Shown here: one piece after another, positions 18,196 to 30,439 of the stretch
How the letters are laid out: every line of letters begins with the position of its first letter
How positions within the stretch are numbered: position 1 is the first letter of the stretch
Program-made: the position numbers and the translations under genes
The notes under the pieces: generated by a model
The model's database searches: none
What the model saw: only the letters and a program-made list of their open reading frames with translations
Told to the model about the DNA's origin: nothing
Origin: Tepidisphaeraceae bacterium
Lineage (GTDB): Bacteria; Planctomycetota; Phycisphaerae; Tepidisphaerales; Tepidisphaeraceae
Assembly: GCA_963702995.1 (NCBI GenBank)
Contig: OY969783.1
Location: 4,457,122 to 4,521,121 of the forward strand
Reading direction: 5' to 3'
Length of the DNA: 64,000 nucleotides

Positions 18196-18239
18196 GCGCG
18201 AAAGCTATCAGAGGGGGTGGGCCAACTCAATCGGGGCGT

Positions 18240-18540
18240 CGGGTGAGGCGGGCGTGAGCCGCTCGGCGAACGGATCAGCCGCCGCGTACGGCGGCTGCCC
18301 GCTTCCTGACGAGCGCGGCTCGCGAAAGGCCGTTGGGGATCGCTCTGAACGAGCCGCGCCCGTGATGAAGCGGGGCCCGCCGTCGGCGGGCGTGAGCCGC
18401 TTGTCGAACGGATCAGCCGCCGCGTACGGCGGCTGCCCGCTTCCTGACGGGCGCGGCTCGTTCGGAGGGTGCGTCGGGGGAGGGGCGGTTTCGGCGGAGC
18501 GCAACGGGGACCGCTTTCTGACGGGCGCGGCTCGCGGGTT
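18240..18540. repeat. tandem direct repeat of a ~140-bp REP-like unit (2 full + 1 partial)
   Basis: Unit gagccgctcggcgaacggatcagccgccgcgtacggcggctgcccgcttcctgacgrgcgcggctcg at 18255-18320 and 18395-18460. Contains perfect palindrome CAGCCGCCGcgtaCGGCGGCTG. Tail cgcttyctgacgggcgcggctcg recurs at 18514 and at 29500-29525. Confidence 0.6.
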
Positions 18541-18704
18541 TTCTCAGGCTTTGTAGGCGTCCATGGGGGGGCAGGTGCAGACGAGGTTTCTGTCGCCGTA
18601 GGGGTTGTCGATGCGGCCGACCGAGGGCCAGAACTTGTGATCGCGGAGCCAGGGGGCGGGGTAGGCGGCGAGCTCGCGGCCGTACTTGTGTGCCCATGTG
18701 TCGC

Positions 18705-21536
<2,832 letters not shown>

Positions 21537-21656
21537 GGTGTGATGCCTTCCACAACGAAAGGGCGACCCAGAAAGGTCGCCCGACGATTGGCTCTGGATT
21601 TGGCAGGGCGCGCCGCTCGACCCGGCGCGCTGGGCCGAGCGTTGCGGTGCCGAGGG

Positions 21657-22037
21657 TCAGTGCCCAGTCTTCTTCAGGTAGTCATCGGTCGCAAGCAACT
21701 GGTCGTAATCGCCGGTCCCGGCGACTTTGACCTTGATCATCCACCCCTTCTCGTACGGGTCATTATTGACCAGCGCCGGGTTGTTGACCAGTTCTTCGTT
21801 GATCGCCGTGATGGTGCCGGCAACACCGGAATAAAGGTCGCTGGTGGCTTTGACGGATTCCACCTCGCCAAAGGAGCCGTTCTTGGCCAGGGCGGCGCCG
21901 ATTTTGGGGAGCTTGACGAAGGTAATGTCGGTCAGTTCGTCGGCCGCGAACTGGGTGATACCGATTGTGACGGTGTCGCCATCGAGCTTGTGCCATTCGT
22001 GGGTTTCGAGATAGCGACGATCTGTGGGAGCGGGCAT
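21657..22037 (-). CDS. gcvH: glycine cleavage system H protein
   Basis: Lipoyl-lysine motif GEVESVKATSDLYSGVAG. Start MPAPTDRRY at ATG 22037 with AAGGA SD. Confidence 0.9.
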   Translation of the reverse strand: MPAPTDRRYLETHEWHKLDGDTVTIGITQFAADELTDITFVKLPKIGAALAKNGSFGEVESVKATSDLYSGVAGTITAINEELVNNPALVNNDPYEKGWMIKVKVAGTGDYDQLLATDDYLKKTGH

Positions 22038-22084
22038 AGTCAATCCTTGCTGGTATGGTCGGTGGGCGATCCGGTCGAAACGGC

Positions 22085-22210
22085 GGCCGGAAGGCTCCCG
22101 CAGGGCACGCATCGCGTTCCGGAATTGGCGATGCGGTCCCGCCGGGCGACCCTTCGGCCTTGCAACCCGGCCGGGCGCCGTTGCGGCCCGCGATGCGTGC
22201 CCTACGGGCG
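22085..22210. repeat. inverted pair of REP-like GCAGGGCACGCAYCGCG motifs between gcvH and gcvT
   Basis: cgcagggcacgcatcgcg at about 22092 and its reverse complement cgcgatgcgtgccctac at about 22190. The same motif forms a hairpin at 30588-30625. Confidence 0.4.
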
Positions 22211-22226
22211 CCGGTCGTTGATCCGT

Positions 22227-23322
22227 CTATCGCTTCCGGCTGTAGAACGGCAGCTTGACGATTTTGGCCGGGTGATCGACGCCCTTCAGATCGGCCGCCA
22301 GTTCGGTGCCGATCGACGACACGCCTGAATCGACGTACGCCATCGCAATGCTTTTTTGAAGCGTGGGGCTGAAGGTGCCGCTGGTGACTTCCCCGACGAC
22401 GGCGCCGTTGTGCTTGATCGCCGTTCCCTGTCGCGCGATGCGGCGGCCGTCGAGCTCCAGGCCGACGAGCGTTCGCGGTGGCCCGGGCTCGGCGATTCGG
22501 CGCAGGGCGTCGGCGCCGACAAAGTCTTTGTTCAGGTCAACCGCCCACCCGAGGCCGGCGGCGAGGGGATCGATCGTCTCGCCGAGCTCGTGGCCGTACA
22601 GCGGCATGCCCGCCTCGAGCCGTAGCGTGTCCCGCGCCCAGGCCGGCGGGTTGGAGCGTGGCGCTTGGGCGATCGAGGTCGGCCGAAAGGAGCTTGATCG
22701 CCATGGCGGCCGCCTTGGCGGACAGGATGATCTCGACCCCGTCCTCCCCGGTGTAGCCGCTGCGGAAGACCGAGAGCTTGACGAACATCACGTCTTCCGT
22801 GACGAACGAGTAGCGCTTCATGGAGCGGATGTCGATCGGGAGGGCTTCCGACAGCCGGTCGATCACCTTCGGGCCCTGAAGGGCGACCATGGCGGTCGAT
22901 TCGGTCTGATCGACCATCTCGACGGCATGGTTCTCTTTTGCCGCCAGGGCGCGGAAATGAGCGACGAGCTTCTCGCGGTTGCTTGCGTTGCAGACCATCA
23001 GCCAGTGCGGTTCGTCGCGGCTGATGATGATGTCGTCGAGCACGCCGCCGGCGTCATTGCAGACCAGGCTGTAGCGGCTCTGGCCGACTTTCTGCTCGCT
23101 GACGTTGCGGGTCAATGCCCGGTTGAGGAATGCGGTTGCGCCTTTCCCCGTGAAATGGAGGCGGCCCATGTGCGAAACATCAAAGATGGCGGCGCTGTTG
23201 CGCGTCTGCTCGTGCTCGGCGATGATCGAGCGGTAGACGATGGGCATTTCCCACCCCGCAAAATCGACCATCCGCGCCCCGGCCGAGACGTGGAAATCGT
23301 AGAAGGGGGTGCGTTTGAGCAT
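22227..23322 (-). CDS. gcvT: aminomethyltransferase, glycine cleavage T protein; frameshifted near 22632-22645
   Basis: N-terminal part (MLKRTPFYDFH...SAKAAAMAIKLLSADL...LQPAGLGA) in one frame. C-terminal part (WARDTLRLEAGMPLYGHEL...KIVKLPFYSRKR) in another. Junction falls inside the conserved GLGARDTLRLEAG motif. Confidence 0.85.
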
Positions 23323-23384
23323 CGCGAGGGAACCCTATCGGTGGGCCGCCCCGGCGTCAAGAACGAGCCTCCACAGCGGCGCAA

Positions 23385-23520
23385 CGCCGAAGCGGAAAAT
23401 GCGAAGCGCGAAATCCGAAGGAATGAGAAGCCGGATTCAATCGCGAGTCTTGATTTCCGCTTTGACTTTGTTTGAAGTTCCTGGAGATTTCATGCTTCGC
23501 ATTTTCTGATTTGGGAAGGC
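23385..23520. repeat. palindromic intergenic element, family cgaaatccgaagg (copy 2)
   Basis: gaaaatgcgaagcgcgaaatccgaagg ... gatttccgc ... gcttcgcattttc; outer 13-nt perfect inverted repeat. Confidence 0.4.
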
Positions 23521-23546
23521 TCGATCGCCGAATCAGCGCTGTAGTG

Positions 23547-24401
23547 TTAGGCGGGGCGTTCGGAGAGCGGCTTGAGGAATTTGATCAGCGTGACCTGATT
23601 CCCCTGATCGTTGTACTCGACGCTGTCCACCATCCCCTTGGCGATCATGATGCCGAAGCCGCCGTCGCGCAGGCCGAGCTGCTGACGGACTTCCATGTGG
23701 CTGATGGGGTCGTCGTCGTTGGCCGCGTGCGGCAGGTCGGACGGGTTGAAGCCGGGCCCTTCGTCGGTAATGACGAACTTCACCCACTCATCGCTCACGG
23801 CGTACGAGATGGTCACGGTACGCTCCCGCTCCTTGCGGTTGCCCCATTCGATCGCGTTCTGAACCATTTCCAGGGCCGCGTACCGGATCCGCCCGAGCTC
23901 TTCCTCGGGGAGCGTTGTGAAGCGGAACAGTTCGCTGAGCAGATCGTTCAACTGCTCGCGGAGCTTGCTGTCGCTCCGCATCTGGAGCACGACCGAGGTG
24001 CGGATCTTCCCATCCTGGAGCCGGCGGCGGTGCTCGAGCGTGTCGCGGATCTCCTGGAGCAGTTCATCCGGCTCGAACGGCTTGGTCAGATAGCGATCGG
24101 CCCCGACATAGAGCCCGCGCTGCCTGGCGTCGCGGCCGTCGAGGGCGGTCAACATCAGGATCGGGATCAAATTGGTCTGACGGCTGAACTTGAGCTTCTC
24201 ACAAACCGCGAATCCGTCCAGACCGGGGAGCATCACGTCCAGGACAATCGCGTCCGGACGATCCGCCTGGACACGCTCGATCGCGGTCGGGCCATCATGG
24301 GCCGGCTCGGTGTGATATCCTTCGGTGCGCAGCAGATCACACAGGAGGCTGCACAGGTCGGAATCATCCTCGACAACCAGGATCCGCTCGGGGTGGCCCA
24401 T
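23547..24401 (-). CDS. response regulator receiver fused to RsbW-like GHKL serine kinase / anti-sigma regulatory domain
   Basis: REC (ILVVEDDSDL...IVLDVMLPGLDG...LTKP), then HATPase_c_2-like C-terminus (RYAALEMVQNAIEWGN...VITDEGPGFNPSDLP...GFGIMIAKGMVDSVEY). Start ATG 24401. Confidence 0.75.
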   Translation of the reverse strand: MGHPERILVVEDDSDLCSLLCDLLRTEGYHTEPAHDGPTAIERVQADRPDAIVLDVMLPGLDGFAVCEKLKFSRQTNLIPILMLTALDGRDARQRGLYVGADRYLTKPFEPDELLQEIRDTLEHRRRLQDGKIRTSVVLQMRSDSKLREQLNDLLSELFRFTTLPEEELGRIRYAALEMVQNAIEWGNRKERERTVTISYAVSDEWVKFVITDEGPGFNPSDLPHAANDDDPISHMEVRQQLGLRDGGFGIMIAKGMVDSVEYNDQGNQVTLIKFLKPLSERPA

Positions 24402-24751
24402 AGTCCGAACGCCTCGCTTCTTCGCATCTGGATTACGGTGGGGCCGGCACCGTCCGATCAGCCGATCACCTCGCGCCCCGCCGACAGCCCGTCCGGCATT
24501 CATCCGCCTGACAGCACCCCGCCTGACACTGAACGCCGCCAGTCTAGAGGCGGCGGCATTGAGGGGGAAGAGAAATTCAGATTCAGCCCGTCGCCGCCAT
24601 GCCCCAAGCGCGCCGCGTGAACCGGCGAGATCTATGGAACATTGCCCGGGCGAAACCTGATCTATCAGATCGTGCGGCCGCGGGACGGCGTGGATGGGAA
24701 AGGACGATGCGCGTCGATGACACGCGCGGCGATCCGCCGCATAATCGCGCG

Positions 24752-25462
24752 ATGCAACCGATTTGGAACGAGTTGGCCGCCCGCGCCGGCCGCACGATCA
24801 GTGACGAACAACATCAGAAGCTGTCGAGCTATCTCGATCGGCTTCTGGCCGCGAATCAAACCATGAACCTGACGCGGATCGTTGATCGGGCGGCGGCCGA
24901 GGTGCAGCACGTGGGGGACGCCCTGACGGTCCTTCCGCACCTGCCGGCGGAAGCGTTCCGTTTGGCCGACGTGGGCTCGGGTGGCGGCGTCCCGGGGATC
25001 CCGCTGGCGATCGTTCGTCCCGACGCGCAGGTGCTGCTCATCGAGTCCACGAAGAAAAAAGCGGCTTTTCTTCGGACGGTGGTCGAACAGTTAGAGCTTA
25101 AGAACGTTGTGGTGACGGAAGAGCGTGCCGAGGAGGTGGGGGCGGTGGAGTCCGGCCGCCGCCAGGCGTTTGATGTCGTTGTCGCCCGTGCGGTGGCCAC
25201 GATGGTCTGGCTGGCGGAATGGTGCCTCCCGTTGGCGAGAAAAGGCGGGAAGGTCTTAGCGCTCAAAGGGCCGAGGGTGATGGAAGAACTCCCCGAGGCG
25301 CGCCGAGCCATCAAGCTGCTGGGCGGCTCCGAACCGATCCTTCACCCGGTGGACCTCCAGGGCACCACGCACCATATGATTGTGGAGATTGTTAAAATAG
25401 AGAAGACTGATCGGCGCTATCCGAGGCCTGCCCCGGCCGCGAAAGGAAACCCGATTTCCTGA
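24752..25462 (+). CDS. rsmG: 16S rRNA (guanine527-N7)-methyltransferase
   Basis: GidB/RsmG family: SAM-binding DVGSGGGVPGIPLAI, ...ARAVA. Start MQPIWNEL at ATG 24752. Confidence 0.9.
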   Translation: MQPIWNELAARAGRTISDEQHQKLSSYLDRLLAANQTMNLTRIVDRAAAEVQHVGDALTVLPHLPAEAFRLADVGSGGGVPGIPLAIVRPDAQVLLIESTKKKAAFLRTVVEQLELKNVVVTEERAEEVGAVESGRRQAFDVVVARAVATMVWLAEWCLPLARKGGKVLALKGPRVMEELPEARRAIKLLGGSEPILHPVDLQGTTHHMIVEIVKIEKTDRRYPRPAPAAKGNPIS

Positions 25463-25847
25463 CCGGGACCTCGGCCTCACTCGAGGCAATCCATCCGGGC
25501 GTTAGGGCCGTATTGAAAGTCCTATAACGCCGTGTGAGCGCGGCAATTGAGAAGGCGATCGCCGCAGTGCCACGCGGCGGCCGATAGAGGTCATGTCCGG
25601 CCGCATGGAACTGCCATGCGGCGGAAGAATCTATCCCGCTGGTGGGCAACAACCTGTGAGTTGGCATACAATGCGAGGTCGTTCAGGGCATACCCGTACA
25701 AAACCCTGCTCCGGTGCTGGTGAATCATGCGGCGAAGTGACTTATGGATCGGAAACTGCTGAGGGGGGGCGTTTGGATCGGGTATCGAAGGTAACTTTTA
25801 CTTGAAAGCCTTTGGCCGAAGGCGACGTATCAAGTTCGGGAGTGCTT

Positions 25848-26545
25848 ATGCTGGTATTGGCGCGCCAACGCGATCAAAGCGTCGTGATTGGCGACAATAT
25901 TGAGGTCACCATCGTCGATGTGCGTGGAGATAAGGTGCGCCTTGGCATCAACGCGCCCAAGAATGTCAGCGTCCACCGGAAAGAAGTCTACGACGCGATC
26001 CGCCGTGAGAACCAGGCGGCCGCCGGTCTGAAGCCGGGGGACGTTGACACCGTCGTCGCTCCGGTGACGTCCAATCGAACGATCTCGTCCGGCGCGCCCC
26101 TTAAACTCGCGGGGGCTGACGAGTTCATGCTGGCTGCGATCGAAGAGGCGAAAGAGGGGCTTTTAGAAGGGGGCCTGCCGATCGGTTCCGTCCTGGTCCG
26201 CGAAGGGAAGATCATCGCCCGCGGCCACAATCAGCGGGTTCAGAAGGGGGACCCGATGGCCCACGCCGAGATCGCCTGCCTGACCAATGCCGGCCGCCAG
26301 AAGAACTATAAGGATACAACCCTCTACTCCACGCTGATGCCCTGCTACCTCTGCAGCGGCGCGGTGGTGCAGTTCGAGGTGCCGCGGGTCATCGTTGGCG
26401 AATCGGTCAATTTCGCCGGCGGGCCGATTTCATGCGCAAGCACGGCGTGGAAGTCATCGACCTTCACGACGGCGAATGCGTGAAGATGATGAGCGACTTC
26501 ATCCAAAAACACCCGCAGTTGTGGAACGAAGATATCGGGAAATGA
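25848..26545 (+). CDS. csrA: CsrA domain read through in-frame into a CDA-fold (TadA/guanine-deaminase-like) deaminase domain; 3' end frameshifted near 26420-26440
   Basis: Residues 1-55 MLVLARQRDQSVVIGDNIEVTIVDVRGDKVRLGINAPKNVSVHRKEVYDAI are a near-consensus CsrA. No stop follows. From 26127 MLAAIEEAKEG...PIGSVLV...HAEIACL...PCYLCSGAV is a zinc deaminase. The C-terminus DFMRKHGVEVIDLHDGECVKMMSDFIQKHPQLWNEDIGK* is in the -1 frame and ends at 26545. Confidence 0.55.
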
Positions 26546-26610
26546 CGCCGCCGGAGCGGCTCGATCGGTCCGGCCCCCGCTCTGTCCGCCCTGGCCCGGC
26601 CGTGCCTGCG

Positions 26611-27281
26611 ATGGCTCAACTCACTTCGCCCATCAAGCTGGTCTGCTTCGACCTCGGCGGCGTCCTGATTCGCATCTGCCGAAGCTGGGCTGAGGCGTGT
26701 TCGCGCGCCGCGATCGCGCTTCCGCCGGGCCTGGCCGACTTGACGGACCCGGTCATTGCGGTCCGACTCGGGGCGCTGAATCACGACCACGAGGTCGGTT
26801 TGATCAGCGCGCAGGAGTTTGACGGCCGCGTCGCCGCGCTGATCGGCGCCGAGCCCGCCCAGGTCGAGGCGGCCGCCGCGGCTTGGCTTCAGGGGCCTAT
26901 GCCGGCGCGGCGGACCTGCTGACACGCCTCGGCGAAGGGGCCGGGCCGTTCCACACCGCGTGCCTCTCCAACACCAATCGCCGCCACTGGCGGATGATGG
27001 TGACGCCCGGCGCGCACCACTTGCCGCTCGATCGGCTCTGGCGACGCTTCACCAGCTTCGAGATCGGCGCGATGAAGCCGTCCCCCGACGTCTACCGCCA
27101 CGTCGAAGTCGCGGCCGCCGTCGAGCCGCGCGAGATCCTCTTTTTCGACGACAACGCCGCCAACATCGCCGCCGCCCGAGAAGCCGGCTGGGCCGTCGAG
27201 CGCATCGATTCCGACGGAGATCCGGTGAAGCAGATCAGGGAGAAACTGTCGTCGGAGGAAATGCTGAAGGCTGAAGGCTGA
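26611..27281 (+). CDS. HAD-family hydrolase; frameshifted at about 26893-26900
   Basis: Motif I FDLGGVL, motif II LSNTN, motifs III/IV K...FFDDNAANI. Junction AWLQG | AYAGAADLL lacks one G in a GGGG run. The 3' end runs into the heptamer repeat (EEMLKAEG*). Confidence 0.75.
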
Positions 27282-27420
27282 AGGCTGAAGGCTGAATGCT
27301 GAATGCTGAATGCTGAAGGCTGAAGGCTGAATGAAAAGACCATGAACCAACGCCGAACTGCATCGGCCGCATTCAGCATATTCAGCATTCATCATTCAGC
27401 ATTCCAGCATTCAGCATTTC
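27259..27420. repeat. heptamer-repeat palindromic element, copy B
   Basis: (GCTGAAG)4(GCTGAAT)3(GCTGAAG)2, spacer, then attcagcatattcagcattcatcattcagcattccagcattcagcatttcc. Between the HAD stop and the M48 peptidase stop (convergent). Confidence 0.7.
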
Positions 27421-27421
27421 C

Positions 27422-28347
27422 TCACCACGGTTTCCTCACCGCCCCCTCACCCCCCGCTCCCTGGCCGCCGCCGAAGGCGTCGAGCGAGCGGCCCTGGGTG
27501 AACTGGATTGTCCCGCCGCGGGAGTAGTCGTACTTCTCGAGCAGCGCCCGGATGTCCTGCTCGCGGCGCGCCGGGTTGGGTGCGTGGAGAGAATCTCCGC
27601 GTGCTGCCCGCCGAGCGACTCGAGCACCTTCATCACCCCGATCATCTCACGCGGGTCGTAGCCCGCCTCGGCCATGTATTGCAGGCCCTTCGCATCCGCC
27701 TGGCTTTCATCCTCGCGGCCGTAGGCGAGCTGGCGCATCTGGATCGACGCCTGCGCCGCGATCGCCTCGACCTGCCCGTGCCGATCGCCCGACGCGCCGA
27801 TGGCGACGCCCGTGGAGATGGTCTGGCCGAGCTGGCTCTTTTCGATCTGCTGCGCCGAATGCCGGCAGATGACATGGCCCGTCTCGTGCCCCAGCACGCC
27901 GGCAAGCTCCGCCTCGTTCGACAGCCGTTCGAACAACGCGCGGGTGATGAAGATCTGGCCCCCCGGCAGGGCGAAGGCGTTGACGGTCCGCGGGTCGTCG
28001 AGCAGGTGGTACTGGAAGTGCCCGGCGTACGGGCTGCGCGCCGGCTCCCCGGCGGCCGCCAGCCGCGCCCCGACTTCGGCGACCAGCGCCGCCCGCGGGT
28101 CCGACGCCGGGATCGCCCGCCCCATCGCGGCCGCCATCCGAGGCGCCGCGTCGATCCCCAGCGTGATCTCCTGCGCCGGCGTCATCGTGATGTGCTGCGA
28201 CTCGCCGGTGACCGGGTTCACCTGGGTATGGGCCGCGTAACGAATCACGCCGAAAATGATCACAATCAGGCCGACGACCCACGAGGCATGAAAGCCGTAC
28301 CGCGGGCCGCCGCCGTAGCCGTAATTGTCGTTCCCGAAAAGCCCCAT
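27422..28347 (-). CDS. M48 family zinc metallopeptidase; frameshifted at about 27572-27585
   Basis: HEXXH GHETGHVICRH, NAFALPGGQIFITRAL. After STHP the conserved tail PNPARREQDIRALLEKYDYSRGG...RKPW* is in another frame (stop 27422-27424). Start MGLFGND at ATG 28347. Confidence 0.8.
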
Positions 28348-28543
28348 GGCGTCCCTCGTCCTTATTCGTCGGCCGCACTCCGTGGGTAGGGGCCGCACTG
28401 TGGTCCGCGCGTCGCCCGGCCCACTGGTGGAGCGGCATGTTGCCCAAATCAGCGGAAGGCCCCGTGGCGGACGGCGCGGTCCCTATCTCCGTCGTCTTGC
28501 TTTCAGCGCCTCTCGCATCCGCAACATCCAGCGGAACGAACCG

Positions 28544-29317
28544 CTAGATTCGCAGCGTCGGGCCCGGCCGGGTGGGCGCCGCCAGCGTCTCGCGGTGCAG
28601 CCGCCGGGCGGTGTCCGAGAGCTTCTGGTGCGCCAGCTCGCAGGCGTAATCGACGGTGATCGTCGTCCGATAGGCCTCGATCCGCGCGACCGAGCCCGGC
28701 GTCGCATCGGCGGCCGCCAGGAACGGCGCGTGCAGCCGCTCCCAGAGCGCCATCACCTCGCCGAAGGTCTGCGTCGATCCCTTCCTCGCCCCTGGCGGCA
28801 GTTCATCGGCGGGCAGGACGACGCTCCCCTTTGGCGCCAGGCGCATCAGCTCTTCCAGTGATCGCGGGGTTGCCGAAGGGAGCCGCGCGTCGTCGGATGG
28901 AACGATGACAACGACCGGCCCAATGGAGGTCGGGAAGGCGGCCGCCAGGAACGTGTCGACGTAGAGCTTCAACTCCCGCTGGAGGGCTCGAACCGCGATC
29001 GACGGCGCGACCGAGCCCCACCCGGCGACGAGGAGCTGCCCATGCGGATAGTTTTCGACGACGTGCCGCGCGTCGATCTGTTCCTCGGGTGTCTCCGCGA
29101 TCAGGTCGAGGCAGACGGCCCCTTCGCCGCATCGCTGGCGGCGCTGCCGTCGCGCTTCCTGGAGGGGGAGATAGAGGCGTGAAAGGGTGTCCCAGTCGCG
29201 CGCTTCCCACGCGGCGTCCTCGGCCGACGCGAGCGAGCGCTCGGCGTCGAGGTACTCCATCGCCATCAGTTGCGCCTGCCCCGTTTCACATAGCGCTTGC
29301 AGCTCCGCGGAAGTCAT
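28544..29317 (-). CDS. hypothetical protein
   Basis: 257-aa ORF with protein-like composition; no motif recognised. Confidence 0.4.
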   Translation of the reverse strand: MTSAELQALCETGQAQLMAMEYLDAERSLASAEDAAWEARDWDTLSRLYLPLQEARRQRRQRCGEGAVCLDLIAETPEEQIDARHVVENYPHGQLLVAGWGSVAPSIAVRALQRELKLYVDTFLAAAFPTSIGPVVVIVPSDDARLPSATPRSLEELMRLAPKGSVVLPADELPPGARKGSTQTFGEVMALWERLHAPFLAAADATPGSVARIEAYRTTITVDYACELAHQKLSDTARRLHRETLAAPTRPGPTLRI

Positions 29318-29545
29318 GGGGAGGATTGTACGATTGGCCCGACAGGTTTGTCAGCCGGCGAGCGAAGCCGAGGGTCCGCGCCGGGACCAGCGCGATCCCC
29401 AGTCGATGCCCAGCGAGCCGCGACCGTGAGGGAGCGGTTGGGATGCCCTGTCGCGGGGCGTTCGGTCGGCGATCGCGGACCATTCGGCTCGGGTACCGGA
29501 CCGCTTCCTGACGGGCGCGGCTCGTGCATCTCTTTGGGTCGGACG

Positions 29546-30429
29546 TCAGGCTTTACGCCGCGCGGCCAAGACCCGGTCGCGGCCGCCGAAATCTTTCAGG
29601 AGCTTGGCTTCCTCGAACGCGGCGTGGGCGGCGATCAACTCCATCCCCGCCGGGCCTTGGTCATAGGCGATCTCCAGGTAGATCCGCCCGCCGGGGACGA
29701 GCCGGGCGGCGCTTCGTCCAGGATGCGGCGATGGAGCGTCAGCCCGTCCAGGCCGCCGTCAAGGGCCACCAGCGGCTCGTACTCGCGGACGCTCCGGTCG
29801 AGCGACGCGATCTGGCCGGTGGGGATATACGGCGGGTTGGAGACGATCACGTCAAACGGCAGGGCATCCACGCGGCCGACCAGCGGCTCGTACAAGTCCC
29901 CCTCTTCCACGCTCACGCGATCGGCGAGCTTGAGCCGCTCGATATTGCGGCGTGCGACCGCGACGGCCGCCGGGCTGATGTCGGTGGCGAAGACGTTCGA
30001 CGCCTTCAGGTGGTAGGCGATGGCGGCCGCGATGCAGCCGCTGCCGGTGCAGAGGTCCAGCACCCGCGGCGCTTCCAGCCCGCTTTGAATCCGCGCCGTC
30101 TGGAGGAGGTTCTCGACAAGCGTCTCGGTATCGGGTCGCGGGATCAGCACGTCGCGATTGACGTCAAAGTCGAGATTGAAGAAGTGGGCGCGGCCGGTCA
30201 GGTAGGCGATTGGCTCTTCTTCGGTCGCGCGCTTCACCAGGTCGCGATACCCCGCAAGCTCCTCATCCGAGAGCGGCCGATCGTAGCGCGTGTAGAGCTG
30301 AATCCGGGGAAGGGAGAGGACGTGAGCGAGCAGCCGTTCGGCGGAGAGCCGCGGCGAGTCAACTTCTTTGCGGGTGAAGAAGGCGGTGGTCCATTCGAGG
30401 ATCCGCCGAACCGTCCATGTTTCGGCCAT
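29546..30429 (-). CDS. prmC: release factor glutamine methyltransferase PrmC/HemK; frameshifted at about 29703-29720
   Basis: NPPY motif (VIVSNPPYIP), SAM-binding DLCTGSGCIAAA. Conserved C-terminus ARLVPGGRIYLEIAYDQGPAGMELIAAHAAFEEAKLLKDFGGRDRVLAARRKA* is in a different frame from the N-terminal 260 aa. Start MAETWT at ATG 30429. Confidence 0.85.
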
Positions 30430-30439
30430 GTGCGCGGAT

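Noticed and set aside
28544-29317. Possible toxin/antitoxin or defence gene next to the M48 peptidase
   Set aside because: No recognisable motif, ordinary GC content and no partner small ORF; left as hypothetical protein.
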